A stretch of DNA of 64,000 nucleotides from Desulfobacterales bacterium (GCA_029211065.1 JARGFK010000001.1:37265-101264); one strand, 5' to 3'; counted from the first letter of the stretch, positions 1-16,236 are shown. The notes: generated by a model not told the origin, from the sequence alone. Numbers and translations are program-made.

Positions 1-1
1 T

Positions 2-3000
2 AAAGGTAAACGCTATTTAAAGGAATTTAATCCCGATTTGCTCAAAGGCCAGCGGGCCGGTCGCGATATCAAGGATCCGGTGTCCGGCGAGGTGGTGGTA
101 AAAAAGGGGCGGATGTTTACCAAGCGTGTGCTTGCCCAGTTAAAAGCCAGCAATACGACAACGATTCCGGTGGGTTTGGATGATATCACCCATAAGGTCT
201 TTGCCCATGCGATTGTTGATCCCAAAACCGGTGAAACGGTTATAAAGGCCAACGATCTGGTGGATGAAGAGACCCTCCTGAAACTGAGCAATGCCGGCAT
301 TAATGAATTTGAGCTGCTTTTTATCGATGAAATGTCCAGCAGTGATTCTATTCGCAAGACACTTTTACTGGACAAGGTGGAGACCAAACAGGACGCCCTG
401 ATTGAAATCTATCGGCGCCTCAGACCGGGTAACCCGGCTACGCCGGAAGTGGCCCAGGATTTTGTTGATCACCTGTTTTTCAAATCGGCTTATTACGATC
501 TGTCCAGCGTGGGAAGACTGAAGATCAACCTGCGACTGGGGATCGATACGCCCATCAATATCGTCACCCTGAGAAAGGAGGATATTCTCCTAACAGCCAA
601 GACGCTGATTGCCCTCCGGGACACCCAGGGCGTTGTGGACGATATCGACCATCTGGGAAACCGACGGGTCCGTGCCGTCGGCGAGCTGCTTGAAAATCAG
701 TATCGGATCGGTCTGGTGCGGATGGAACGGGCCATTAAAGAACGGATGAGTCTCCAGGAGGTGGATGCCCTGATGCCCCATGACCTGGTGAATCCGAAAC
801 CGGTTTCGGCGGTTGTGAAGGAATTTTTCGGCACCAGCCAGCTCAGCCAGTTCATGGATCAGACCAACCCGCTTTCTGAAACAACCCACAAGCGGCGGCT
901 GAGCGCCCTCGGACCGGGGGGGTTGACCCGTGAACGCGCCGGTTTTGAGGTCAGGGACGTGCATCCGTCTCACTATGGGCGCATATGCCCCATTGAAACA
1001 CCGGAAGGACCCAATATCGGGCTGATCGTCTCTCTTAGCACGTATGCGCGCGTGAACGATTACGGCTTTATTGAAACGCCATACCGGGTCGTTAAAGATT
1101 CCACGGTAACCAACGAGGTCAAATTCCTGAGCGCCTTTGAAGAAAAGGAACTTCCCATTGCCCAGGCAAACGCCCTGGTGGATAAAAAAGGCAGCTATGT
1201 CAATCAACTGGTTACGTCGCGGGTTGCCGGAGAGTTTATGATGGTCAACCGGGAAGAAATTGAACTCATGGATATTTCGCCCAACCAGCTGGTCAGTGTA
1301 TCGGCTTCGCTGATTCCTTTTCTGGAAAACGACGATGCCAACCGGGCGCTGATGGGATCCAATATGCAGCGGCAGGCGGTTCCGCTTATCATGAATCAGG
1401 CCCCCCTGATCGGTACGGGCATCGAAGGGGTTGTCGCCAAAGATTCCGGCGTGGGAGTGGTGGCCCAGCGTGATGGTGTGGTGGATGCGGTTGAAGCCTC
1501 CCGTATCGTTTTGCGACATGCGCCGGCTAAGGATCGCAGCGCCAAAGACGTGACCATCTATAACCTGGCGAAATTTAAACGTTCCAATCAGAATACCTGT
1601 TTTAACCAGCGTCCCATTGTTGAAAAAGGCCAGCGCGTTAAGGCCGGCGATATCATAGCCGACGGACCCGCCACCGACAAGGGCGAACTGGCCCTGGGTA
1701 AAAACGTCACCGTGGCGTTTATGCCGTGGGAAGGGTATAATTTCGAAGATTCGATTCTGGTGAGCGAACGACTGGTTCGTGATGGTGTTTATACCTCCGT
1801 CCATATTGAAGAGTTTGAAGTCGTTTCCCGGGACACCAAGCTGGGAAAAGAAGATATTACGCGGGATATTCCCAATGTGGGCGAAGAAGCACTCAAGGAC
1901 CTGGATGAAAGCGGTATCATTCGGCTGGGGGCTGAGGTTGTTCCCGGCGACATCCTGGTGGGAAAGATTACGCCAAAAGGAGAAACGCAGCTTTCACCGG
2001 AAGAGAAACTGCTGCGGGCCATCTTCGGGGAAAAGGCCGGCGATGTTAAAGACACTTCTTTGAGGGTTCCTCCGGGTGTCGAAGGGATTGTCATTGATGC
2101 CAAAGTCTTTTCGAGACGGGGGGTTGATAAGGATGAACGCAGTCGACTGATAGAAGATGCTGAAATCGCCGCCCTTAAAAGAGACCGGGACGACGAAATC
2201 CGGATCAATGAGGAAATCGCCCGCGGGGAGATTGAAAAGCTGCTCATCGGTCAGAAATCTGAAACCGTGATAAAACGGGGCAAGAAGATTTTACTGCCGA
2301 AAGGCAGCAAGATCGACGCCGATACACTGGCGGGAATACCGCTGGCGCAGATCGAGGGGATCGTATTGCAGGACCCCAAGGCGACCGAAAAAATCCATGA
2401 TATCCTTGAACAGTATCGTCAGAACTGCGACCGCTGCCGGGCCGAGCTTGAAGAGCAGGTCAGCCGCTTTGACCGCGGGGATGATCTGGCTCCCGGCGTC
2501 ATCAAGATGGTGAAGGTTTACGTGGCCATGAAACGAAAACTTTCGGTGGGCGATAAAATGGCCGGCCGTCATGGCAATAAAGGGGTGGTATCACGGGTTT
2601 TGCCCCAGGAGGATCTGCCGTATTTTGAGGACGGCACCCCGGTGGATATGGTGCTCAACCCGTTGGGGGTTCCGTCGCGAATGAATGTGGGGCAGGTTCT
2701 GGAAATTCATCTGGGTTATGCCGCCAAAGGGCTGGGCGCCCAGATCAATAAACTGCTGGAAGAGAACAAGCTAAAGGAAGTGCGCACGAAGATGAAGCGG
2801 ATATTTTCCGATTCAGATACTCCCAAGATGCTCGACGGCCTGAATGAAAAAGCGTTGGTCAATTTCGCCCGGCAATACCGCGACGGTGTGCACATGGCCA
2901 CCTCTGTTTTTGACGGCGCCAAGGAAGAAGAGATCAAGGCGCTGCTGGATGAAGTTGGATTATCCACATCCGGGCAAGCCACCCTGTACGACGGGCGCAC

Positions 3001-3380
3001 CGGCGTACCGTTTAAACAGAAGATCACGGTGGGCACTATGTACATGCTGAAACTGCACCATCTGGTTGACGATAAGATTCATGCCCGTTCCATCGGGCCG
3101 TATTCACTCGTTACACAGCAACCCCTCGGCGGCAAAGCCCAATTCGGCGGCCAGCGGTTGGGGGAAATGGAAGTATGGGCCATGGAAGCCTATGGCGCAG
3201 CCCATGCGCTGCAAGAGTTTTTAACCGTCAAGTCGGATGATATGGCGGGTAGAACGCGGATGTATGAAAAGATCGTTAAAGGCCAGAATACATTGGAACC
3301 GGGCATCCCGGAGTCCTTTCGGGTTCTGACAAAAGAACTTCAGAGTTTGGGTTTAGATGTCAAACTACTTGAAGGAAAAG

Positions 3381-3388
<8 letters not shown>
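2..3388 (+). CDS. rpoB: DNA-directed RNA polymerase subunit beta, 5'-truncated by the window edge. The frame is open from nt 2, and the 'M' at 38 in the ORF track is an internal TTG.
   Basis: Motifs [52 protein letters not shown] and [12 protein letters not shown]; immediately followed by rpoC. Confidence 0.98.
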
Positions 3389-7793
<4,405 letters not shown>

Positions 7794-7922
7794 TGGACCG
7801 GTTTCAGCCGTTTATCGACGATATGTTCGGCGGCTGCCGGGTGGTCTGAACAGTGTGACGGCCATGCCGGATGGAGGGAAAAAAATAAATGCTTGGGAAT
7901 GTGATTTTAGACATAATAATGC

Positions 7923-7951
7923 TTGACAATTTGGTTTTAAATTTATAACTT
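7923..7951 (+). promoter_or_regulatory. Putative sigma70-type promoter of the str operon
   Basis: Perfect TTGACA at 7923-7928. Downstream AT-rich tataac/taactt -10 candidates have 15-17 nt spacing, none optimal. Lies ~60 nt upstream of rpsL. Confidence 0.3.
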
Positions 7952-8007
7952 TCAGCTTTTTATGACCTAATAAAATTTAGGTCGAAACGTGTAAAAAAGG
8001 GGAAGAT

Positions 8008-8379
8008 ATGCCGACGATTAACCAGCTGATCCGAAAGGGCCGCAAACGGATACAAAAGAAAACCAACACGCCTGCGCTCAAAGGTGCTCCCCAGAAAAGA
8101 GGGGTATGTACCCGGGTGTATACTTCTACGCCCAAAAAACCCAACTCGGCTTTGCGTAAAGTGGCACGTGTCCGGCTGACCACCGGCATTGAGGTAACCG
8201 CCTATATTCCCGGAATCGGCCACAACCTGCAGGAGCATTCCGTGGTGCTGGTTCGCGGCGGCCGCGTCAAGGACCTTCCGGGCGTCCGGTATCACATCGT
8301 CCGGGGGACGCTTGACTCGCTGGGTGTTGCGGATCGGAAACAGGGGCGGTCCAAGTACGGGGCCAAAAAACCAAAATAG
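8008..8379 (+). CDS. rpsL: 30S ribosomal protein S12
   Basis: [14 protein letters not shown]...[17 protein letters not shown]. Confidence 0.98.
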   Translation: MPTINQLIRKGRKRIQKKTNTPALKGAPQKRGVCTRVYTSTPKKPNSALRKVARVRLTTGIEVTAYIPGIGHNLQEHSVVLVRGGRVKDLPGVRYHIVRGTLDSLGVADRKQGRSKYGAKKPK

Positions 8380-8466
8380 GATTAGAATTCAATCCCGCCA
8401 GAGCGGGACAGGATTCAAGTTTCACAATTAATTGGAAAAATTACCAATAACGCAAGGGTACAGCAG

Positions 8467-8937
8467 ATGCCAAGAAGAAGAGAAATTCCGGAAAAAATCA
8501 TTATACCCGATTCCAAGTACAATAATAAGCTGGTATCGAAGTTTATCAATGCGATTATGCGAAACGGCAAAAAAAGCATTGCCGAATCCATTTTGTATGA
8601 TGCCATGGATATTATCGCAAAAAAAACAAGCGATCCGGCAATTAAAGTGTTCGAGAAAGCCGTTGATAATGTTCGGCCGATGATTGAAGTAAAATCACGA
8701 CGCGTGGGCGGATCGACCTACCAGGTGCCGACTGAAATTCGTCCCTCACGGCGAACCGCATTGGGAATTCGGTGGATCATCAGTTACGCCCAGGGTCGTT
8801 CTGAAAAAACGATGGCGAACAAATTGGCAGGTGAATTACTGGACGCAGCCAACCAGAGAGGTTCGGCGGTAAAGAAAAAAGAAGACACGCATAAAATGGC
8901 GGATGCAAACAAGGCCTTTGCCCATTTTCGGTGGTAG
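8467..8937 (+). CDS. rpsG: 30S ribosomal protein S7
   Basis: MPRRREIPEKIIIPDSKYNNKLVSKFINAIMRNGKKSIAE...MADANKAFAHFRW. Confidence 0.98.
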   Translation: MPRRREIPEKIIIPDSKYNNKLVSKFINAIMRNGKKSIAESILYDAMDIIAKKTSDPAIKVFEKAVDNVRPMIEVKSRRVGGSTYQVPTEIRPSRRTALGIRWIISYAQGRSEKTMANKLAGELLDAANQRGSAVKKKEDTHKMADANKAFAHFRW

Positions 8938-9047
8938 TGAATGAAAAAAATGTGTGCATGAACACCCGGCCGGGGAAATCCTGACCGTATGACTACGGTA
9001 AAGCCCGGGCGCTTGATGCAATAATTTTTTCAAGGGGAGGACGAGAG

Positions 9048-10241
9048 ATGGCGAAGCAGAAATTTGAGCGGACCAAGCCGCATGTGAATGTGGGGACGAT
9101 CGGCCATATCGATCATGGCAAGACGACATTGACGGCGGCGATAACGAAGCATATGGGATTGAAGGGTCTGGCGGAGTACGTGCCGTTTGACCAGATCGAC
9201 AAGGCGCCTGAGGAGAAGGAGCGCGGCATTACGATCGCGACGGCGCATGTGGAGTATCAGACAGCCAATCGTCATTATGCGCATGTGGATTGTCCGGGTC
9301 ATGCGGATTATATCAAGAACATGATCACGGGAGCGGCTCAGATGGACGGCGCCATATTGGTTGTGGGAGCGGATGACGGACCGATGCCCCAGACGCGGGA
9401 GCACATACTGCTGGCGCGTCAGGTGGGGGTGCCGCGGATCGTGGTATTTTTGAACAAGTGCGACATGGTGGATGATGAGGAGTTGATTGAGCTGGTGGAG
9501 CTGGAGCTGCGGGAGCTTTTGGACAAGTATGAGTTTCCGGGGGATGACACGCCGATTATCCGGGGCAGTGCCTTAAAGGCGCTGGAGAGTGATGATCCGG
9601 ACAGTGCCGAGGCCAAGTGCGTATTTGAGCTGATGGAAGCGATCGACACGTTTATTCCGGAGCCCAAGCGGGACATCGACAAGCCGTTTTTGATGCCCAT
9701 CGAGGATGTGTTCAGCATCTCGGGGCGCGGCACGGTGGTAACGGGTCGAGTGGACCGGGGGATCATCCATGTGAGCGATGCGATCGAGATTGTGGGCATC
9801 CGGCCGACGGTAAAGACGGTGTGTACGGGCGTAGAAATGTTTCGCAAGCTGTTGGACGAGGGTCGTGCGGGGGACAATGTGGGGTTATTGCTGCGGGGGA
9901 CCAAGCGCGAGGATGTAGAGCGCGGCCAGGTGGTGGCGATTCCGGGATCGATTAAGCCGCACACGAAGTTCAAGGCAGAGGTATACATATTGAGCAAGGA
10001 AGAGGGGGGACGGCATACGCCGTTTTTCAATGGGTACCGGCCGCAGTTTTATTTTCGGACGACGGACGTGACGGGGATATTGCAGCTGCCCGAGGGCGTC
10101 GAGATGGTGATGCCGGGAGACAATGTAACGATATCGGCCGATTTGATCACGCCGATCGCGATGGAGAAAGAGTTGCGGTTTGCGATTCGTGAAGGCGGCC
10201 GTACGGTGGGCGCCGGCGTGGTAAGCGAAATAATCGAATAA
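9048..10241 (+). CDS. tuf: Elongation factor Tu
   Basis: [47 protein letters not shown]; strong SD aaggggagg upstream. Confidence 0.98.
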   Translation: MAKQKFERTKPHVNVGTIGHIDHGKTTLTAAITKHMGLKGLAEYVPFDQIDKAPEEKERGITIATAHVEYQTANRHYAHVDCPGHADYIKNMITGAAQMDGAILVVGADDGPMPQTREHILLARQVGVPRIVVFLNKCDMVDDEELIELVELELRELLDKYEFPGDDTPIIRGSALKALESDDPDSAEAKCVFELMEAIDTFIPEPKRDIDKPFLMPIEDVFSISGRGTVVTGRVDRGIIHVSDAIEIVGIRPTVKTVCTGVEMFRKLLDEGRAGDNVGLLLRGTKREDVERGQVVAIPGSIKPHTKFKAEVYILSKEEGGRHTPFFNGYRPQFYFRTTDVTGILQLPEGVEMVMPGDNVTISADLITPIAMEKELRFAIREGGRTVGAGVVSEIIE

Positions 10242-10259
10242 CCATGAAAGATAGAAGCA

Positions 10260-10571
10260 ATGATAACGAACAGTAAAATCAGAATCAGACTCAAGGCTTA
10301 TGATCACAAGCTTTTGGATCAGTCGGCGACTGATATAGTGGATACGGCCAATAAAACCGGCGCAAAAGTGGTGGGTCCGATTCCGTTGCCGACGCGGATC
10401 AATAAGTTTTGCGTTTTGCGATCTCCCCACATCGACAAAAAATCTCGCGAACAGTTCGAAATCCGAACCCATAAGCGACTTTTGGATATTATTGATCCCA
10501 CCCAGCAGACGGTGGATGCGTTGATGAAACTGGATCTTTCTCCGGGCGTTGACGTAGAAATAAAATTATAG
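10260..10571 (+). CDS. rpsJ: 30S ribosomal protein S10
   Basis: [21 protein letters not shown]...[14 protein letters not shown]. Confidence 0.97.
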   Translation: MITNSKIRIRLKAYDHKLLDQSATDIVDTANKTGAKVVGPIPLPTRINKFCVLRSPHIDKKSREQFEIRTHKRLLDIIDPTQQTVDALMKLDLSPGVDVEIKL

Positions 10572-10590
10572 CACAGGGATTGAGAGCGCT

Positions 10591-11223
10591 ATGAGCAGAG
10601 GACTGTTAGGTAAAAAATTAGGAATGATGAGTCTGTTTTCATCAGAAGGCATCATGCAACCCGTTACCGTTGTACAGGTCGGTCCCTGTGTGGTAACCCA
10701 GATAAAGACGATTGCGACAGACGGATATAATGCGCTGCAGCTGGGGTTTGGAGAGAAAAAGGCTTCACGCCTCAACAAACCGATAACCGGGCACCTGAAA
10801 AAGAGCGGCGAGGGGCGTTGCGCTGTCCTGCAAGAATTTTCGGTGGACAAACCGGAAGACTATCAGTTGGGGCAATCCGTTACCCTGGAAGTCTTCAATG
10901 TCGGGGAACGGGTTGATGTGGTTGGAAAAAGCAAGGGCAGGGGATTTAGCGGCGTCGTAAAACGGCACGGTTTCCATGGCGGTAAAGATACCCATGGCAG
11001 CATGAGCCATCGGGTCCCTGGCTCCATCGGTACCAGCGCCTGGCCTTCACGGGTCGCCAAGGGGAAAAAAATGCCCGGGCAATACGGCAATGACCGTATT
11101 ACGATCCGCAATCTGGAGATTGTCGAAATCCGGCCGGATCAACATCTGATTTTATTAAAGGGCGCCGTACCGGGGTTCAAAACTGGAATTGTTTCCATCA
11201 ACAAAGTAAAACTTAAGAAATAG
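10591..11223 (+). CDS. rplC: 50S ribosomal protein L3
   Basis: GLLGKKLGMMSLF...GKSKGRGFSGVVKRHGF; S10-operon order. Confidence 0.97.
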   Translation: MSRGLLGKKLGMMSLFSSEGIMQPVTVVQVGPCVVTQIKTIATDGYNALQLGFGEKKASRLNKPITGHLKKSGEGRCAVLQEFSVDKPEDYQLGQSVTLEVFNVGERVDVVGKSKGRGFSGVVKRHGFHGGKDTHGSMSHRVPGSIGTSAWPSRVAKGKKMPGQYGNDRITIRNLEIVEIRPDQHLILLKGAVPGFKTGIVSINKVKLKK

Positions 11224-11290
11224 CTACAAATTTGGGACAACCTACAGCCTCCAGGGGTGGTTGCCACCGATAGATCCATAGAGGATAATT

Positions 11291-11914
11291 ATGCCAGTTG
11301 TTGATGTATTAAACACCAAAGGTGAAAAGGTTTCACAGACCGAACTTGCGGACAGCTTGTTTGATGTTCCTGTGAAACAGAGCGTCTTGCACGAGGTTGT
11401 CACCATGCAGTTGGCCTGCCGGCGTGCGGGAACAGCATCCGTCAAACACCGTTCCGATGTCAGCGGAAGCGGGCGGAAACTCTTTCGCCAGAAGGGTACC
11501 GGACGTGCCCGGCGGGGGGATATTAAGGCCCCGCCCTTACGCGGCTCAGGTTCGATCTTCGGCCCGGATCCCCGTTCATACAGCTACCGGGTGCCGAGGA
11601 AGGTGCGCAAAATGGCCCTTAAAATGGCTTTAAGCTGTAAACTGAAAGATAACCAACTGGTTGTGCTGGATGGATTCAGCCTTGGGAAGATCCGCACAAA
11701 GGATTTCATGGATGCCTTGAACAGCCTGGAAGTCCAAAACGCGCTGATCATTATCGATCAAAAGGATGAAAATCTGGAACTGTCATCCCGCAACGTGCCG
11801 GATGTTAAGGTTCTTAGAACGGAAGGCTTAAACGTGTACGACATCCTTAAGTATGAGAATCTGGTCCTGCTGGAGTCTTCGATCAAAGGAATTGAAGGGA
11901 GGCTGCTCTCATGA
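11291..11914 (+). CDS. rplD: 50S ribosomal protein L4
   Basis: [22 protein letters not shown]; operon order. Confidence 0.96.
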   Translation: MPVVDVLNTKGEKVSQTELADSLFDVPVKQSVLHEVVTMQLACRRAGTASVKHRSDVSGSGRKLFRQKGTGRARRGDIKAPPLRGSGSIFGPDPRSYSYRVPRKVRKMALKMALSCKLKDNQLVVLDGFSLGKIRTKDFMDALNSLEVQNALIIIDQKDENLELSSRNVPDVKVLRTEGLNVYDILKYENLVLLESSIKGIEGRLLS

Positions 11915-12198
11915 TTCAGTATGATATTATCAAACGTCCGTTGATCACCGAAAAAACGAGCATTCAAAAAGAAGCCGCCAATCAGGTTTCCTTTGAAGTG
12001 GACCGCCGGGCGAACCGGGTTGAAATTAAACGGGCGATTGAAAAGATATTTAGTGTCAGGGTTTCAAGCGTGAAAACCATGCAGGTTAAAGGAAAGACGA
12101 AACAACGCGGCCGAATTGTCGGGAAACGCAAAGATTGGAAAAAAGCGATTGTGACATTGTTGCCGGGCGAACGGATTGATTTCTTCGAAGGCGTTTAA
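11911..12198 (+). CDS. rplW: 50S ribosomal protein L23
   Basis: [12 protein letters not shown]...; 4-nt overlap with rplD. Confidence 0.96.
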   Translation: MIQYDIIKRPLITEKTSIQKEAANQVSFEVDRRANRVEIKRAIEKIFSVRVSSVKTMQVKGKTKQRGRIVGKRKDWKKAIVTLLPGERIDFFEGV

Positions 12199-12268
12199 CA
12201 AATCAGCGAACAAGGGCTGATCGTCGGCCGGAGGGCCGGATAACACACCTGAATATGAGGAACAAGTA

Positions 12269-13096
12269 ATGGCAGTAAAAAAAGTAAAACCCACGTCTCC
12301 TGGCAGGCGTTTTCAGATTTATTCAACCTTTGAAGAGATCACTAAGGATGTACCTGAGAAAAGCCTGCTGAAAAGAATTAAAAAAACAGGCGGACGCAAT
12401 GTGAACGGACATGTTACCTGTCGGCATCGCGGCGGCGGAAGCAAACGGCATTACCGCATCATTGATTTTAAGCGGGACAAAAACGGGATACCGGCCAAGG
12501 TGGCGGCCATTGAATATGATCCCAACCGCTCGGCCAGAATTGCGCTGCTGCATTATGTCGATGGTGAAAAACGTTATATTTTGGCGCCGCTGAATCTGGC
12601 GGTGGGCGATAGTGTACTTTCCGGTCCCCAGGCCGATATTAAACCCGGCAATACGCTTCCCCTCAGCAACATCCCTTTGGGAACCCATATCCATAATATC
12701 GAATTGCGCATCGGTAGAGGCGGACAGATTGTCCGGAGCGCCGGGACATTCGCGCAGTTGATGGCCAAAGAGGATAGGTATGCCCTGGTTAAGCTACCTT
12801 CCGGCGAAGTGCGCATGATATTACTGCAATGCACAGCCACGATCGGTCAGCTTGGCAATGTGGTTCACGAAAATATTTCCCTGGGCAAAGCAGGCCGGAC
12901 GCGTTGGCAGGGGAGACGTCCCAAGGTGCGCGGGGTTGCCATGAACCCGGTCGACCATCCCATGGGGGGCGGCGAGGGAAGATCCTCAGGCGGGCGACAT
13001 CCCTGCTCACCGTGGGGGATGCCCACAAAGGGATACCGTACCCGAAAAAACAAGCGTAGTGATCGTTATATCGTTAAAAAGCGGACAAAAAAATAG
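12269..13096 (+). CDS. rplB: 50S ribosomal protein L2
   Basis: [15 protein letters not shown]...[25 protein letters not shown]. Confidence 0.98.
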   Translation: MAVKKVKPTSPGRRFQIYSTFEEITKDVPEKSLLKRIKKTGGRNVNGHVTCRHRGGGSKRHYRIIDFKRDKNGIPAKVAAIEYDPNRSARIALLHYVDGEKRYILAPLNLAVGDSVLSGPQADIKPGNTLPLSNIPLGTHIHNIELRIGRGGQIVRSAGTFAQLMAKEDRYALVKLPSGEVRMILLQCTATIGQLGNVVHENISLGKAGRTRWQGRRPKVRGVAMNPVDHPMGGGEGRSSGGRHPCSPWGMPTKGYRTRKNKRSDRYIVKKRTKK

Positions 13097-13151
13097 GACT
13101 GAATCCGATCGTTAATTCAGTGGACAGCAAATAAAGATACCAGGAGAAGTT

Positions 13152-13433
13152 ATGCCTCGATCGTTAAAAAAGGGACCTTTTATTGAGCCGAAATTGTTAA
13201 AGAGGGTCATGGCGACGCAACAATCCCGCAGCAGTCGGGTTATTAAAACATGGTCAAGACGCTCGACTATTATTCCTGAAATGGTCGGCATTACCTTGGC
13301 GGTTCATAACGGCAGGAAATTTATACCGGTTTTTGTGTCGGAAAATATGGTCGGTCACAAACTGGGAGAATTCTCTCCGACACGAACATTTTATGGACAT
13401 GCCGGTGACAAGAAATCAAAACTGAAAAAATAA
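13152..13433 (+). CDS. rpsS: 30S ribosomal protein S19
   Basis: [19 protein letters not shown]...[13 protein letters not shown]. Confidence 0.98.
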   Translation: MPRSLKKGPFIEPKLLKRVMATQQSRSSRVIKTWSRRSTIIPEMVGITLAVHNGRKFIPVFVSENMVGHKLGEFSPTRTFYGHAGDKKSKLKK

Positions 13434-13475
13434 ATTGATGACAACACTTCTAACGAAAAAAAAGGAATAACAGTG

Positions 13476-13814
13476 ATGGAGGTTAGAGCGGTTTCGAAAT
13501 ATATACGCGTTTCTCCTCAAAAGGTTCGAACGCTGATTGGGGCCGTCAAGGGCAAACCGGTTGAAGCCGGCCTCAATGCGCTGAAGTTCATGCCGCAAAA
13601 GGCGGCCAAAATTTTAGAAAAAACGCTTCGCAGCGCAGTGGCCAATGCCGATCAGAATCCGGATATCGATGTTGATGCGTTGATTATTCGCAATATCACT
13701 GCTGATCAGGGGCCGACCTTGAAGCGCTTCCGGGCCAGGGCGCGCGGTAGAGGCGCCCGGATTTTAAAGCGAACCGCACACATAACAGTCACTTTAGCTG
13801 AGAAATCGGTATAA
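13476..13814 (+). CDS. rplV: 50S ribosomal protein L22 (ATG 13476; GTG 13473 is also possible)
   Basis: [27 protein letters not shown]. Confidence 0.96.
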   Translation: MEVRAVSKYIRVSPQKVRTLIGAVKGKPVEAGLNALKFMPQKAAKILEKTLRSAVANADQNPDIDVDALIIRNITADQGPTLKRFRARARGRGARILKRTAHITVTLAEKSV

Positions 13815-13829
13815 AAAGGAGGTTGGAGC

Positions 13830-14489
13830 TTGGGTCAGAAAGTTAATCCGATCGGATTGAGATTAGGGATCGTCAAGACATGGGAATCTCGCTGGTATGC
13901 CGGCAAGAATTATGCGGATTACATCCTTGAAGACTATAAGATCAGAAAATTTCTCAAAAAGAAACTCTATCATGCCGGTATTTCCCGGATTGAAATTGAA
14001 AGATCATCCAAGCGTGTTCGGCTTCGGGTTTTCACGGCAAGACCCGGAATCGTTATCGGAAAAAAAGGCGCTGAAATTGCTCAACTGAAAAAAGAGCTTG
14101 AGAAAAAGATGTCGTCGCAGGAAGTTACCATCGACATTCAGGAGGTTCGCAAGCCCGAGATCGACGCGCAGCTTCTGGCTGAAAATGTCGCCTTGCAGAT
14201 TGAACGACGGGTCGCTTTCCGACGCGCCATGAAACGGGGGGTTACTTCGGCCATGCGGTTTGGCGCGCTGGGGGTTAAAATCATATGCGCCGGCCGGTTG
14301 GGCGGAGCTGAAATGGCCCGAAGGGAGTGGTACCGTGAAGGGCGCGTACCGCTGCATACCCTACGGGCCGACATCGATTATGGTTTTATTGAAGCACGAA
14401 CGACTTACGGCATCATCGGGGTGAAGGTGTTCGTCTTTAAAGGAGAGATTTTAAAAAAGGAACAACTTGAGTCGGCAGTTAATGAATAA
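13830..14489 (+). CDS. rpsC: 30S ribosomal protein S3 (TTG start)
   Basis: [24 protein letters not shown]. Confidence 0.97.
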   Translation: MGQKVNPIGLRLGIVKTWESRWYAGKNYADYILEDYKIRKFLKKKLYHAGISRIEIERSSKRVRLRVFTARPGIVIGKKGAEIAQLKKELEKKMSSQEVTIDIQEVRKPEIDAQLLAENVALQIERRVAFRRAMKRGVTSAMRFGALGVKIICAGRLGGAEMARREWYREGRVPLHTLRADIDYGFIEARTTYGIIGVKVFVFKGEILKKEQLESAVNE

Positions 14490-14504
14490 TAGGAGAAATT
14501 GGAC

Positions 14505-14918
14505 ATGCTCAGTCCCAAAAAAGTAAAATTTCGCAAACAACAAAAGGGCAAAATGAGAGGTGTCGCCCGTAGAGGCTGCAGCTTGGATTTCGGCGAATTC
14601 GGACTGCAGGCGATTGAATGCGGCGCTCTCAGTGCCAAGCAGATTGAAGCCGCCCGTATTGCCATGACCCGCCATGTTAAAAGAGGCGGTAAAATGTGGA
14701 TCAGAGTATTTCCGGACAAACCGATTACCAAAAAGCCCGCTGAAGTCAGAATGGGAAAGGGCAAAGGCGCACCCGAGGGGTGGGTTGCGGTTGTACGTCC
14801 CGGCAGAATTCTTTACGAGATGGAAGGTGTGACGCGAGAATTGGCCCAAGAAGCACTCCGCCTTGCCGCACACAAGCTTTCGGTTAAGACCCGGTTTGTG
14901 GAAAGGAGCACGCGCTGA
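14505..14918 (+). CDS. rplP: 50S ribosomal protein L16. ATG 14505 is preferred over the ORF-track TTG 14499.
   Basis: [19 protein letters not shown]; aggag SD 9 nt upstream. Confidence 0.96.
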   Translation: MLSPKKVKFRKQQKGKMRGVARRGCSLDFGEFGLQAIECGALSAKQIEAARIAMTRHVKRGGKMWIRVFPDKPITKKPAEVRMGKGKGAPEGWVAVVRPGRILYEMEGVTRELAQEALRLAAHKLSVKTRFVERSTR

Positions 14919-15142
14919 TGAAAGCGAGTGAGATAAGGGAACTAAGCCGGGAGGAAAGAGCGCGCAAACTTGTTGAGTTGAAGGAGGAGTTGTTTAACCT
15001 GCGATTTCAACATGAAATCGGCCAGCTTGAGAGCCCTGCTAAAATGAAACAGATTAAACATGATATTGCCAGAATAGAGACCCTGTTGCGTGAAACTTCC
15101 TTACAGGGAGCGCCCAATAACACTAAAACGGAAAAAGAATAG
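14918..15142 (+). CDS. rpmC: 50S ribosomal protein L29
   Basis: [19 protein letters not shown]; start overlaps the rplP stop (TGATG). Confidence 0.95.
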   Translation: MKASEIRELSREERARKLVELKEELFNLRFQHEIGQLESPAKMKQIKHDIARIETLLRETSLQGAPNNTKTEKE

Positions 15143-15150
15143 TCGCTGTC

Positions 15151-15408
15151 ATGAAAAAACAAGGGAAAAAAAGACAAATGGTCGGGACGGTCGTCAGCAA
15201 CAAGATGGATAAAACGGTGGTGATCCTTGTTGAAAGACTGGTACAACACTCGCTCTATCAGAAATATGTGAGGCGGCGGGAGCGGTTTTCCGCCCATGAC
15301 GAAGGCAATGCCTGTAATATTGGTGATAAAGTCGCAATAACTGAATCTAGACCGCTAAGCCGGACAAAAAGATGGCGCGTCAGTGAAATACTTGTGAAAG
15401 CTGTTTAG
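15151..15408 (+). CDS. rpsQ: 30S ribosomal protein S17
   Basis: [29 protein letters not shown]. Confidence 0.96.
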   Translation: MKKQGKKRQMVGTVVSNKMDKTVVILVERLVQHSLYQKYVRRRERFSAHDEGNACNIGDKVAITESRPLSRTKRWRVSEILVKAV

Positions 15409-15430
15409 TCGAAGATAAAGGATAACTGAA

Positions 15431-15799
15431 ATGATACAGGCAGAGACGAGGTTGACGGTAGCAGACAATTCAGGCGCCAAGGTGCTCTATTGCATCAAGG
15501 TTCTGGGCGGCACCCGCCGACGGTATGCGACGATCGGCGATGTGATAGTTGTCAGTGTAAAGGAAGCCATCCCGAACGCCAAAGTAAAGAAGGGCGATGT
15601 TCTAAAAGCTGTGGTCGTCAGAACCAAAAAAGAAATTCAGAGACAGGACGGCTCTTTCATACGATTTGATGATAATTCTGCCGTCTTAATCAATGCGCAA
15701 AGAGAACCTATCGGAACGCGAATATTTGGGCCGGTTGCAAGGGAATTGCGGGGCAAGCGGTTTATGAAAATAATTTCACTGGCGCCGGAAGTATTATAA
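15431..15799 (+). CDS. rplN: 50S ribosomal protein L14
   Basis: [27 protein letters not shown]. Confidence 0.98.
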   Translation: MIQAETRLTVADNSGAKVLYCIKVLGGTRRRYATIGDVIVVSVKEAIPNAKVKKGDVLKAVVVRTKKEIQRQDGSFIRFDDNSAVLINAQREPIGTRIFGPVARELRGKRFMKIISLAPEVL

Positions 15800-15873
15800 G
15801 ACAGGTTTGTTTATACGCCTGCTTGTTTTGCGAAGACTCGCAAAATGAAATTTAAACGGAGAAATGGCTGATA

Positions 15874-16200
15874 ATGAAGCGTAAATGCCTAATAAAAAAA
15901 GACGACAAGGTAAAAATTGTTGCCGGTAAGGAAGCGGGGAAAATCGGCAAGGTCCTGAAGGTCAATCGCAAGAAGGAACGGATACTGATTGAAAAAATCA
16001 ATATCATTAAACGCCATACCCGACCGAGCGCTCAAAATAAACAAGGTGGCATTGTCGAGAGTGAGGCCCCGATCCATTGGTCGAATGCCATGTTGATGTG
16101 CAACAAATGCTTGACGCCCGTTCGCATCAAACTACAGCGGTTGGAAGACGGTAAGAAGAAACGGGTTTGTCGAAAATGTAACGAATTAATAGACGCTTGA
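15874..16200 (+). CDS. rplX: 50S ribosomal protein L24 carrying a C-terminal CxxC...CxxC motif
   Basis: KKDDKVKIVAGKEAGKIGKVLKV...GGIVESEAPIH; C-terminal CNKC...CRKC. Confidence 0.95.
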   Translation: MKRKCLIKKDDKVKIVAGKEAGKIGKVLKVNRKKERILIEKINIIKRHTRPSAQNKQGGIVESEAPIHWSNAMLMCNKCLTPVRIKLQRLEDGKKKRVCRKCNELIDA

Positions 16201-16236
16201 GTACTATAAATCAGGATTGAGTGTCGGAGGCTATCG

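Noticed and set aside
590-1804. 404-aa ORF antisense to rpoB, plus similar long antisense ORFs at 5859-6686, 9885-10472, 19977-20702, 27079-27912, 56142-56948, 57321-58019 and 59431-60402
   Set aside because: All lie entirely inside, and opposite to, strongly supported conserved genes. They have Arg/Gly/Pro-rich low-information translations and no SD. They are typical shadow ORFs of GC-rich coding sequence.
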